Positions 45,977 through 54,574 of a stretch of DNA of 64,000 nt are shown here, one piece after another. The translations under genes were made by a program, and so were the position numbers. Each line of letters begins with the position of its first letter. Position 1 is the first letter of the stretch. Where the stretch lies: the NCBI GenBank assembly GCA_029288725.1, contig JARIGS010000015.1:3518-67517 (forward strand), written 5' to 3'. This DNA is from Candidatus Nomurabacteria bacterium (GTDB lineage: Bacteria; Patescibacteriota; Minisyncoccia; Phycocordibacterales; UBA9973). The notes below the pieces were generated by a model. It had not been told where the DNA came from. It saw nothing but the letters and a program-made list of their open reading frames with translations, and searched no databases.

Positions 45977-48900
45977 TATAGCGATAGGTTTACGGCTTTT
46001 CTAGTCAGGGGTCCGAAGGAGCCGTTCGCAGGGCTGATATGTTTTGCCTTTTGGAACTTCATTACAGCAGTCTTTGTTGCAGGCCCAAACGTAGTAGTTT
46101 CATGCCCTGGAGACCCCGGACCGGTTTTTGCAATAACATATCCGTGAGTATTGAGATATTGTTGCAGCAATTGCACCTGGGCATTGTGGGAACCCAGAGA
46201 AAGATTCATGGTAAATGTTGCCGTTGAAACAGGATTCGGAGTAGTGACGGCTGGAGTTACTGCGCAAGGCAATCCGCTGCTTGCACTGAAGCGCTCGCCG
46301 GTCTGACAGTCACTAGTGGTGGTATGCACCGGGCCTCCGCCACCTGAGACATAGCTCGTCGTGCCGGAAGAGGCAGCCGGCGCGGGAGTACCGAAGATCG
46401 CAAAGTCACTGAAGTGGCTGGTGGTACAGGTGACAGTATTCGCCCCGATATCAACCGAACAGTTTGAAAGGGCTGTCCATGCACCAGAGTCATATCGATA
46501 AATTACCAATGACGATTCAGAGAGGTTCGCGATCTGTGCGTCAGTATAATGCAGGGTCACTGATAATGGCGTGCTGAATGTCGTTACCGCTGCTCCACTG
46601 GAGTCAAGGGCCTTCATGTTGTAGACAATCGGTGTGCTCGGCGCAGTTATCCCGCTTGGGCTGCTTGCCGCCGCAAAAAAGCTCTGCTGATCGAGTGACT
46701 TCACCTGGAACGTAAGTGAGCTTCCATTATAAGCATTTGGCACGGTAAGGGTGGCACTGTCACCAGCGGATGACGCAGTGCTTACCGTTCCGCCCGATGT
46801 TGGGATTGCCGTACTGGCGGCCGCACTCACGGGCGCATTACCGGTACACCCTGTCGTGGTAAAGACTGCATCAGCGCTCGTTACTGTTGCTGAAGTAGCA
46901 GTTGCCCCACTAGCGGTATAGTGATAGGTCGTACATGCCAAGAGGCCAGAAATGGTAACTGTATGATTTGTTACTCGAGGACTCGTATCAGTAAGAGCGG
47001 TACTGTGCCCATATCCTGTTGAGGGACCATGATTCACCTGTGAACTTGAAGGAAGGTCACTGGTCCAGGTAATCACTGCTGAAGTTGTGGAAGGCGTTAC
47101 TACCGGTGTAGAGAGGACAGGGGCAGTACTCACGGTAGGGGTAACACTGTTTGATGCGGTCGATGCGCTACCGGTACCGTCACCATTGGTTGCAGTGACA
47201 GTAAAGGTATAGGGAGTACCAGGAGTTAGTCCGGTAATAACGTGGGAGAGGCTGGTGCTGCCCGCATTGGTGTCCGTGCCGCCGGCCGGGATGGACGTGA
47301 CGGTGTAGCCGGTGATGGCAGATGTTCCTGCTGAGGCAGGCGCCGTAAATGACACAGTGGCAGAGGTAACGCCTCCGGTGGCGGTAACCGCAGTTGGAGC
47401 GCCAGGGAAAAGATCGGCCTTAATCATCGGTAGCATCTCTGACTCAAATGTCGCATCGGTAGCAGCATATGGATGTAAACTGTCAGGTGCCCCACCAGAT
47501 GAGATAAGCGTTGCAGCTGCTGGCCCCAAATCTATAAGAAAGACCTTCTTGTCGCTTGGATTGGCAGCAATATAGGCGTTGTATGCTGAGGTTATTGCTG
47601 ATGCCTTATATTGACCAAACGGCACTATGATAAAAATCACTGCATTCGGTGCGGCTGTGCGCACAGCGGGCAGCCAACCGTCGATAATGGCAATAAGGTT
47701 CGCGTCAGTCGATCCATTGTCATTGGTACCATGGTTCATGTAAATATAATCAGGAGCAGGGGTAAACAACCCTCCGGTCAAAAGACTTTTACCATAAGAG
47801 TATTTGTTCCAAGAACTGCTGGTATCATTGCCAGGAGTATAAATAGCTGGAACTCCTCCCGATCCGGTACCGCTCCATCCTCCACCGCCTAGGGCACGGG
47901 AGCCTAATTCCAGGTTCAGATCCTTGGCAAGCAACCAGGGAACGGCCTTCGTAATATCCTCATCGGTATTGGGAAAACTGCCGGTAATACCGTTAACATA
48001 CACCCCCTCACTAATGGAGTCACCGTACACAAGCATTCTTTTTGGAAAAAGCGTCGGCGCTGAAACTGTTGCCCCATTATCAAGCACCAAGCCAGTAAAC
48101 TCTATGGCTTGTGCCGGAGTAATCCAACGGTCAGGATTGCTTACCGTGCCACCTCCATCTCCCGAGAAAAGAATAAAAAGGCTATGGGTCCCTGGAGACA
48201 AACCTGTTGCCGCAACAATTGAAGTGGTAGTGGGGGTAAGGAGTACTTCTGTCGTTGCCCCACCATCAACTTGATAACGAAGACGCGGATAATATGCAGC
48301 GAGTCCATTGTTTAAAACCATCGGATCTTCTGAAAGCGTAATGATAGCCGATGTCCCGGTAAAATTAGTTTTTATATACGCACCAGGAGTTTGCGATATT
48401 GCATATCCTGAACCCTGATACCAGTTAAACGGACTGTATGCTAGCCCCGAATTGCTACTTCCAATAGTAATCGCTGCGTAGCTCATCGTCGACGGGTTAA
48501 TCAGTCCCCCATTATTACTTAGCGCCAGCGTCATCAGTCCACCGGTTGTGGGGGTAATCGTGAACGTTTGCGGTGTGCTGGAATTGTTGAAGTTCAGCAC
48601 GATCGGCGTAGAAAGCCCTCCTCCGCTTGGGGTAATAGTAATGGTACCAGTATAAGCAGCACTTGGACTGACAGTAAAACTACTGGAGGCGGTGTTAATT
48701 AACCCCCTTGCAGGACCAGTAATAGTATAAGTAGGGCCAAGACCCTGAACGGTAAGGGAATTAAATTGTGCGGGTGTGCCAGTTGCTCCAGATTGGAAAA
48801 ACACTGGCTTATTCGTAATGGTAACGGCGGTAGGAACATTGCAGAGGAGCACGTCCCCGCTTCCGGCATTCTTATAAATTGCATATCCAGTACCAGTTAC

Positions 48901-49662
48901 TGCTAATTTATATATTGTTCCATCGGTAATACTACCTCCGCAACCAACGGTATTTGAAGCCCCATTATTGTATGTTATGGCGGCTAAGGACGAAGCAGAG
49001 GCATAGACCACAAAGGCACTTGTGCCGGCAGCATTGAAGTTTGGGTCGCCGTATCCAAATAGCGTGTCTATAGGAGCACCGCTATTTTGACCGCGCGTAA
49101 CAGCGACCGCGATATTCAATCCTGAACTAGCAAAGGTGGTTTTTGACTTAACGTTTACTGCACCCCATCCTCCGCTGTAGCTGTTTTTTACAAGAAGACC
49201 GTTGTTTTGGCTAACGTTCGTTCCCGCAGTATCAGTAACAGTCCATTTAGTAGTATTGATAGTAGTGCCGCTAAAGTTATCTGAAAGCAACGTCACTGCA
49301 GGAGTAACCGCCGTTGAAGCGCTTGAAGCAGTACTTGTCCCAATGGCATTTGTTGCTGTCACCGTAAAGGTATATGCCGTATTGTCGGTCAGTCCGGTAA
49401 TAACGTGGGAGAGGCTGGTGCTGCCCGCATTGGTGTCCGTGCCGCCGGCCGGGATGGACGTGACGGTGTAGCCGGTGATAGCCGAGCCTCCGTCAGAGGC
49501 AGGCGCAGTGAAGTACACGGTCGCCTGTCCGTCTCCTGGTGTAGCAGCAACCCCAGTTGGGGCACCGGGTGCGGTTGCAGCATAGGCAAAAGAAAAAAAC
49601 ATCACGCTAAAAACAAACGCAAGAGGAAAAAGGAACAATGAGAATGTTTTACCTCGATTCAT
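45976..49662 (-). CDS. Large secreted multidomain protein: signal peptide, two fibronectin-III-like domains, SGNH/GDSL-hydrolase domain, C-terminal peptidoglycan-binding domain
   Basis: Signal peptide MNRGKTFSLFLFPLAFVFSVMFFSFAYA. FN3-like repeats (YFTAPASDGGSAITGYTVTS...YTFTVTATN) twice. SGNH blocks GDSISEG, GTNDNG, DSLHP. C-terminal PG_binding_1-like (LGSHNAQVQLLQQYLNTHGY...GPATKTAVMKFQKA). Confidence 0.8.
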   Translation of the reverse strand: MNRGKTFSLFLFPLAFVFSVMFFSFAYAATAPGAPTGVAATPGDGQATVYFTAPASDGGSAITGYTVTSIPAGGTDTNAGSTSLSHVITGLTDNTAYTFTVTATNAIGTSTASSASTAVTPAVTLLSDNFSGTTINTTKWTVTDTAGTNVSQNNGLLVKNSYSGGWGAVNVKSKTTFASSGLNIAVAVTRGQNSGAPIDTLFGYGDPNFNAAGTSAFVVYASASSLAAITYNNGASNTVGCGGSITDGTIYKLAVTGTGYAIYKNAGSGDVLLCNVPTAVTITNKPVFFQSGATGTPAQFNSLTVQGLGPTYTITGPARGLINTASSSFTVSPSAAYTGTITITPSGGGLSTPIVLNFNNSSTPQTFTITPTTGGLMTLALSNNGGLINPSTMSYAAITIGSSNSGLAYSPFNWYQGSGYAISQTPGAYIKTNFTGTSAIITLSEDPMVLNNGLAAYYPRLRYQVDGGATTEVLLTPTTTSIVAATGLSPGTHSLFILFSGDGGGTVSNPDRWITPAQAIEFTGLVLDNGATVSAPTLFPKRMLVYGDSISEGVYVNGITGSFPNTDEDITKAVPWLLAKDLNLELGSRALGGGGWSGTGSGGVPAIYTPGNDTSSSWNKYSYGKSLLTGGLFTPAPDYIYMNHGTNDNGSTDANLIAIIDGWLPAVRTAAPNAVIFIIVPFGQYKASAITSAYNAYIAANPSDKKVFLIDLGPAAATLISSGGAPDSLHPYAATDATFESEMLPMIKADLFPGAPTAVTATGGVTSATVSFTAPASAGTSAITGYTVTSIPAGGTDTNAGSTSLSHVITGLTPGTPYTFTVTATNGDGTGSASTASNSVTPTVSTAPVLSTPVVTPSTTSAVITWTSDLPSSSQVNHGPSTGYGHSTALTDTSPRVTNHTVTISGLLACTTYHYTASGATATSATVTSADAVFTTTGCTGNAPVSAAASTAIPTSGGTVSTASSAGDSATLTVPNAYNGSSLTFQVKSLDQQSFFAAASSPSGITAPSTPIVYNMKALDSSGAAVTTFSTPLSVTLHYTDAQIANLSESSLVIYRYDSGAWTALSNCSVDIGANTVTCTTSHFSDFAIFGTPAPAASSGTTSYVSGGGGPVHTTTSDCQTGERFSASSGLPCAVTPAVTTPNPVSTATFTMNLSLGSHNAQVQLLQQYLNTHGYVIAKTGPGSPGHETTTFGPATKTAVMKFQKAKHISPANGSFGPLTRKAVNLSL
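47228..47316. repeat. 89-bp exact direct repeat copy 1 (inside FN3 domain 2 coding sequence)
   Basis: Identical to 49391-49479 over 89 nt, while flanking sequence is diverged. Confidence 0.85.
49391..49479. repeat. 89-bp exact direct repeat copy 2 (inside FN3 domain 1 coding sequence)
   Basis: Identical to 47228-47316. Confidence 0.85.
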
Positions 49663-49665
49663 GTC

Positions 49666-49971
49666 TTATAAATCTTTTAGATCTGCCATCGCATCATCAA
49701 GGTTAGCGACATCGGGCTGGCGCTCGTAGCCGGCAGGCTCGTTGATTTTGAGATTGACGCGGGCATTGTGCTTCATGCCAACAACGCGAAGAAGAGTGCG
49801 GATAGCCTTAGCAGTATTGCCGGAACGACCGATGATTTTGCCCATATCGGCTTGGTTGATAGAAAGAGTTAAAAGCACGCCCATTTCGTCAACAGTACGG
49901 TCAATCACAACGTCGTTTGGGTTATCAACAAGGGCTTTGATGAGCATTTCGAGAAATTCTTTGTCAGACAT
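49666..49971 (-). CDS. KH-domain RNA-binding protein (YlqC/UPF0109-like)
   Basis: KH GXXG loop GKIIGRSGNTAKAIR. 101 aa. Position downstream of rpsP as in rpsP-ylqC-rimM-trmD operons. Confidence 0.8.
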   Translation of the reverse strand: MSDKEFLEMLIKALVDNPNDVVIDRTVDEMGVLLTLSINQADMGKIIGRSGNTAKAIRTLLRVVGMKHNARVNLKINEPAGYERQPDVANLDDAMADLKDL

Positions 49972-50052
49972 AGGAAATTAAGGAGATTATTACTAATGTA
50001 CCTGATGGCACTTATATAGAGTATAGCGAAAAGTAAATAATAAATAAAGAAA

Positions 50053-50073
50053 AGTGCACGCCGACGGCGTGCA
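50053..50073 (-). terminator. Hairpin/attenuator between rpsP and KH gene
   Basis: Perfect palindrome gtgcacgccg-a-cggcgtgcac followed by T-rich run on minus strand. Confidence 0.5.
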
Positions 50074-50089
50074 CTTTAAGTGTTAAACA

Positions 50090-50395
50090 CTATTTCTTTT
50101 TGGCATCCTTGCGCTTCACAGTTGGACTTTTCTTTGAAAGCACGTTCTTTGCGCGGCCTTCGATGATGCCCTGCTTCACGAGCATGTTGTGAGCAGTGTC
50201 AGATACCTGAGCACCGTTGCCCATCCAGTAGACGATGCGGTCCTTCTTGAAGTTTGCGAGATCGCTTTTCACGGTGAAAGAACCGAGAATTTCCAAGAAC
50301 TTACCACTCTGTGGCCCGTTTTTAGAATCCGTCACGACAAGACGAAAAGCTGGTTCATTTCTGCGCCCGATGCGCTGTAATCGAATCTTTAACAT
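50090..50395 (-). CDS. rpsP: 30S ribosomal protein S16
   Basis: MLKIRLQRIGRRNEPAFRLVV signature. Start taken at this Met (ORF track extends further upstream). Confidence 0.9.
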   Translation of the reverse strand: MLKIRLQRIGRRNEPAFRLVVTDSKNGPQSGKFLEILGSFTVKSDLANFKKDRIVYWMGNGAQVSDTAHNMLVKQGIIEGRAKNVLSKKSPTVKRKDAKKK

Positions 50396-50462
50396 GTGGG
50401 GGTTATCGTAGCAGACAAACAAAAAAACGTCAATAACCATATAGTTATCGACGTTTATAGCC

Positions 50463-50840
50463 TCAGGCTGCGACGGGATCCGCCATTTCTTCAACAATCT
50501 TGTTTTTAGCGTCTCCAAAAAGAACCTTGTACTTTTTCGCTTCTTCTACATTTGTAAGATGCTGCCAGCGTGTTTCTTTCTGGTTAAGCGCATTGGGCAC
50601 CAGGGCTAGCTCAAATTCCTTTAATTTGTAATCATCAAAATCAAAGAGGTTTTTTCGGTCAAAAGGAGTAGCAAGGACAATTTCGTTTACCGTATCGCCG
50701 TTGCTGACACACATAAGGGGAACCTTGTGCGCCCGAAAGGTCTGCTTAACACCGATTACTAAATCGAAAAAATCATCGCTAAAAATCAGTACTTCTCCAA
50801 TAAGAATGACATACCGTACAGAATTAGGGGTTTCGTTCAT
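50463..50840 (-). CDS. Hypothetical protein (about 125 aa)
   Basis: ORF. Start at MNETPNS chosen over upstream ATG at 50894. No recognised motif. Confidence 0.4.
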   Translation of the reverse strand: MNETPNSVRYVILIGEVLIFSDDFFDLVIGVKQTFRAHKVPLMCVSNGDTVNEIVLATPFDRKNLFDFDDYKLKEFELALVPNALNQKETRWQHLTNVEEAKKYKVLFGDAKNKIVEEMADPVAA

Positions 50841-50931
50841 CTTTATGTAATTAATAGTTTTAAAAAATAATACTATTTTTTCATTATATGTCAATAATCT
50901 CCTTCATTCTTAGGCGAAGTCGTGCTACAGT

Positions 50932-52890
50932 ATGACCTATATGGAACAGGCTATTCCCGACCTCAAGGTCGGAGCGGTATATGAAGGACCGATCAATATC
51001 TCTACTAAAGGAACTGGTTTTGTAAAAGTTCGCGATCTTGATATCACCATTGAAGTTGAGCGTGAGGCATTAAATAAGGCCTTTCATGGCGATATCGTAA
51101 AGGTTGAAGTCACGACCATGAATGCTCCCCTGTCTCGCGAAGGCAATCCCGGTGGCAAGGTCATCGACATCGTTCGTCGCGCAAAAGTGGGCTACAGTGG
51201 CACGCTGAGCTTTGAAGGCGGAGCGCACTGCATCATGTCCAATGACGGGCGAATGTATACGCCTATCATTATTCCCAATGACAAGCTCAATGGTGCCGTT
51301 CAGGGTGACAAGGTCTTTTGCCGCATCCATGAATGGAATGACCCGATGGCTGCCCCAACGGGTGAGGTCACTCGCGTACTCGGTAAGCCGCTTGAGAACA
51401 ACGCGGAAATGCTGGCCCTCGCTTTGGAAAAGGGCTTTGACAATTCCTATCCTGATGCCGTCATTGCCGAAGCGCACGCTATCAGCGAGCATGGCATTAC
51501 TGAGGAGGAAAAAAACAATCGCCGCGATTTTCGCCCGATCGTAACGTTCACGATCGACCCGGAAGATGCCAAGGACTTTGACGATGCCATTTCGGTGCAC
51601 TTTTTGGAAAACGGCAATACCGAAATTGGTATTCACATTGCCGACGTATCGCACTATGTCCAGCCTGGCATGGCTATTGATAAGGAGGCGGCTGAACGCG
51701 CAACGTCTGTCTATCTGGTGGACCGTACTATTCCCATGCTGCCGGAGGTACTTTCAAACGACCTCTGCAGTCTCAATCCACACGTTGACCGTCTGACCTT
51801 TTCTGCCGTCTTTACCTTTACTCCTGAAATGCAAATTATAGATCAATATTTTGGCAAGACCGTGATCTATTCACACCAGCGCTTCACGTATGAAAACGCC
51901 CAGGCTGTCCTTGATACAAAACAAGGACCGTATCTCAAGGAGCTTGAAGCGGCATTGGCAGTGGGAAAATTCCTTGAGAAGCAGCGCTTCATCGAGGGTG
52001 CGATCTCACTCGAGACTGAGGAAGTGAAGTTCAAGCTGGATGCCGATGGCTTCCCTATTGGCGTATATAAAAAAGTTCGCGGGGAAACCCATCACATGAT
52101 TGAGGAATTGATGTTGCTTGCAAATCGTAAGGTGGCGGAATTTATCGCCACCAGTGACAAGCATGCTGATGAAGTATTCGTCTTCCGCGTGCACGATCAT
52201 CCAGACCCAGAACGAGTAGAAAATTTGCAGCTGTTTTTGAAGCGCATTGGCTACAACCTTAGCGTTGATGAGAATGGTGTCATTCCTTCGAAGGAATTGA
52301 ATGATCTCGTCCAGTCGCTTGAAGGCAAGCCGGAAAAAGAGACCGTTCAGACTGCCATCGTTCGCTCAATGGCCAAGGCAATCTATTCCACCAAGAATAT
52401 CGGCCACTATGGTCTGGCATTCAAGTACTACACCCACTTCACTTCCCCAATTCGCCGCTACCCTGACCTCGTGGTGCATCGTCTGCTTTTTGAATACCTC
52501 CAACACAAGACCATTCCCAAGGAACTGTGGCACTACTATGACGAGATTTCCCAGCATGCCTCACAGCGCGAGAAAGAGGCAGCTGATGCGGAACGTGCAA
52601 GTATCAAGTACAAGCAGGTTGAATACATGACTGGCCATGTCGGCGAGACATTCAACGGCGTTGTCACCGGTGTTTCCAAGAATGGTCTGTTCGTTGAGGA
52701 GAAAGAAACCCGTTGCGAGGGCATGATTCGCCTGCGCGACCTCGGCCATGACTATTTTGAATACAATGAGAAAACCTTGACTATTGTCGGTAAAAGCACT
52801 AAAAAGGAATTTCGTATCGGGGACGAGCTACGATTCAAGGTAACGGGGGCTGACCTCACGAAGCGATTGATTGATTACGCATTAGTATGA
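50932..52890 (+). CDS. rnr: Ribonuclease R / RNase II-family 3'-5' exoribonuclease
   Basis: RNB catalytic region (DPEDAKDFDDAISV, HIADVSHYV, DRTIPMLPE), C-terminal S1 domain. Confidence 0.9.
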   Translation: MTYMEQAIPDLKVGAVYEGPINISTKGTGFVKVRDLDITIEVEREALNKAFHGDIVKVEVTTMNAPLSREGNPGGKVIDIVRRAKVGYSGTLSFEGGAHCIMSNDGRMYTPIIIPNDKLNGAVQGDKVFCRIHEWNDPMAAPTGEVTRVLGKPLENNAEMLALALEKGFDNSYPDAVIAEAHAISEHGITEEEKNNRRDFRPIVTFTIDPEDAKDFDDAISVHFLENGNTEIGIHIADVSHYVQPGMAIDKEAAERATSVYLVDRTIPMLPEVLSNDLCSLNPHVDRLTFSAVFTFTPEMQIIDQYFGKTVIYSHQRFTYENAQAVLDTKQGPYLKELEAALAVGKFLEKQRFIEGAISLETEEVKFKLDADGFPIGVYKKVRGETHHMIEELMLLANRKVAEFIATSDKHADEVFVFRVHDHPDPERVENLQLFLKRIGYNLSVDENGVIPSKELNDLVQSLEGKPEKETVQTAIVRSMAKAIYSTKNIGHYGLAFKYYTHFTSPIRRYPDLVVHRLLFEYLQHKTIPKELWHYYDEISQHASQREKEAADAERASIKYKQVEYMTGHVGETFNGVVTGVSKNGLFVEEKETRCEGMIRLRDLGHDYFEYNEKTLTIVGKSTKKEFRIGDELRFKVTGADLTKRLIDYALV

Positions 52891-53987
52891 TGAAAAAAAT
52901 AGTATTGGTTTTAGTGTGTCTGGCAGCAGCCGGCGGGGTCTGGTATCTGTCCGTCATTCATACTCATGATGTGGATAATGCTGCACCGGTTTCTACGATC
53001 GCACATACGATCAGTGTTGGATGGGTCGGCGACATGGTACCGTCAAGCGATATTGGTTACAACCTTACGGCTCTCAATGCCGTTACCGACAGTCTTGAAC
53101 AGCCTGACCTGATGATGGGAAATCTGGAAGGCACCTTTGCCCAGGCTGACCGCACTTCGAAATGTCTCTCTCTCACGAGTATGTGTCATGCCTTTCAGGG
53201 AGACTCATCATTCGCTGATACCCTTAAGGCAGCCGGTTTTGATTTTGTCAGTCTCGTTAACAATCACTCATATGATTTCGGTGACAAGGGTCTAGCTGAC
53301 ACCGAAGCGGAACTTGATCGTGTCGGTCTTGCCTACATCGCACCGAATAAACAGAGTACTTCCCTCACCATCAAAGGGGTGAAGATCGGCATCGTGGGAC
53401 TTTCAAGCAGCCCTTCCGGCAGTGCAACACAAGGAACGATCAATGACTACAGCTACATTGCCAACACTGTCATCCAGTTAAAAAAGGACAATGACATCGT
53501 GATTGTGATCTTCCACGGCGGCGCAGAAGGTGCGGACAAGACAAAAGTACCTGGCACCAATGAATACATGGGCAGTGAAAACCGCGGTAACGTTCAGGCC
53601 GTTGCCTATACCGCCATCAATGCCGGTGCCGACCTTGTTCTCGGTGACGGGCCGCATGTCTTGCGCAAAGTGGAATGGTATAACAACAAGCCAATCGCCT
53701 ACTCACTCGGCAATTTCGTTGGTGGCAAGGGGCGTCTGTCCACCCCTTCATCGAATGCAGAGCAACCGACAAGCCCATTGTCATTGGGAGGAATTTTTAC
53801 TGCAACATTCAATGCTCCTTCCCTTTCTCCCGCTTCAACCGAAGCATTGTCAGGTGAAAGACCGCACTTTGCCCCTACCGCTACGGGATTCACCTCTGTC
53901 ATTCTTTCCAAGGATGGCATTCCGTCACTTGATCCCACTGATCAGGCAAAGCACTTACTTGATTCCCTTTCAGGACCGATTCATTAA
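52887..53987 (+). CDS. CapA/PgsA-family metallophosphatase (poly-gamma-glutamate capsule biosynthesis type)
   Basis: N-terminal signal/TM. Motifs GNLEGT, VNNHSYDFG, FHGGAEG, GDGPHVLR. 4-nt overlap with rnr stop. Confidence 0.75.
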   Translation: MMKKIVLVLVCLAAAGGVWYLSVIHTHDVDNAAPVSTIAHTISVGWVGDMVPSSDIGYNLTALNAVTDSLEQPDLMMGNLEGTFAQADRTSKCLSLTSMCHAFQGDSSFADTLKAAGFDFVSLVNNHSYDFGDKGLADTEAELDRVGLAYIAPNKQSTSLTIKGVKIGIVGLSSSPSGSATQGTINDYSYIANTVIQLKKDNDIVIVIFHGGAEGADKTKVPGTNEYMGSENRGNVQAVAYTAINAGADLVLGDGPHVLRKVEWYNNKPIAYSLGNFVGGKGRLSTPSSNAEQPTSPLSLGGIFTATFNAPSLSPASTEALSGERPHFAPTATGFTSVILSKDGIPSLDPTDQAKHLLDSLSGPIH

Positions 53988-53996
53988 TGAAAACAT

Positions 53997-54027
53997 AAAA
54001 GCCGAAACACATGCGTTTCGGCTTTTT
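53997..54027 (+). terminator. Intrinsic terminator after capA
   Basis: Hairpin gccgaaac-acatgc-gtttcggc followed by T5. Confidence 0.75.
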
Positions 54028-54261
54028 CACTTAACCCAGGCCAATTGGCTAACCTTTTTCTGACCCCCTTCCCCGTCCGAAGCAATCAGCTTCATTTTTC
54101 TGTCTGGCACGTAAACAATTAACAGCGGACATACCGCTTGGTACTGCAGCGCAGCACGGATCATTACATCTTTCCATTGATGATTCTGATAAAAAGTAGG
54201 TTTCAAGGAGGAACACCATGTTTCTCTGGATTCAGCATACCAAACCTCCACCGTATTGCAA

Positions 54262-54291
54262 AGAAAAAAGCCAGGTGGTACTACCATCTGG
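54262..54291 (-). terminator. Intrinsic terminator (minus strand) ending an orphan transcription unit
   Basis: About 10-bp stem gccaggtggt/accatctggc with tight loop. T7 run on minus strand (A-run 54262-54268 on plus). Confidence 0.55.
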
Positions 54292-54510
54292 CTATGACTT
54301 TTATGGCCCGAATGTGGCCATCTCCTCAACTTCACTTTGTCCTTTTACTTCATTAAGGTGATCTTGTAGAAGGCATATGTTCCTTTCTTTTTAAGACGTA
54401 AACGCGGCAGCCGGGTTAAAATGATGATGCTACAAAACGGGTTTTTGGAGGTGATTTCATGATATGTGGTTTTGAGGTACATACTTGAGCAATACACGCC
54501 GTATTACTCT
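54292..54510 (-). ncRNA. Candidate unclassified small RNA (promoter-to-terminator unit, no ORF)
   Basis: Bounded upstream by consensus promoter (54519-54547) and downstream by terminator 54262-54291. No credible protein-like ORF. 5' 7-bp hairpin gtaatac-ggcgt-gtattgc. No match by eye to RNase P P4, tmRNA termini or SRP domain IV. Confidence 0.35.
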
Positions 54511-54518
54511 ATCAAAAA

Positions 54519-54547
54519 TATCATATCACTTTATGGTGTTTTTGTCA
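54519..54547 (-). promoter_or_regulatory. Consensus sigma70 promoter TTGACA-N17-TATGAT (minus strand) with no downstream gene
   Basis: -35 = revcomp of 54542-54547, -10 = revcomp of 54519-54524, 17-nt spacer. Immediately downstream of the terminator of gene 54610-54876. Confidence 0.55.
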
Positions 54548-54549
54548 AG

Positions 54550-54574
54550 CAAAAACCGGCATCCGAAGATGCCG
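54550..54574 (-). terminator. Intrinsic terminator of gene 54610-54876
   Basis: Hairpin ccggcatc-cgaa-gatgccgg with T5 on minus strand. Confidence 0.7.

Noticed and set aside
47228-49479. The 89-bp repeat pair as a DGR template/variable repeat
   Set aside because: Copies are identical (no adenine-specific mismatches), both lie inside structural FN3 domains, and no reverse transcriptase gene is present.
50463-50894. Assigning a function (NDT-like/TIR-like) to ORF 50463-50840
   Set aside because: Only vague resemblance (VILIGEVLIFSDDF). No diagnostic motif. Kept as hypothetical.
54027-54356. Track ORFs 54027-54335 (-) 102 aa and 54138-54356 (+) 72 aa as protein-coding genes
   Set aside because: Mutually antisense, no RBS or promoter in correct position, protein sequences lack any domain-like or hydrophobic pattern and are rich in rare residues (W, H, C). 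The region is better explained as a non-coding transcription unit.
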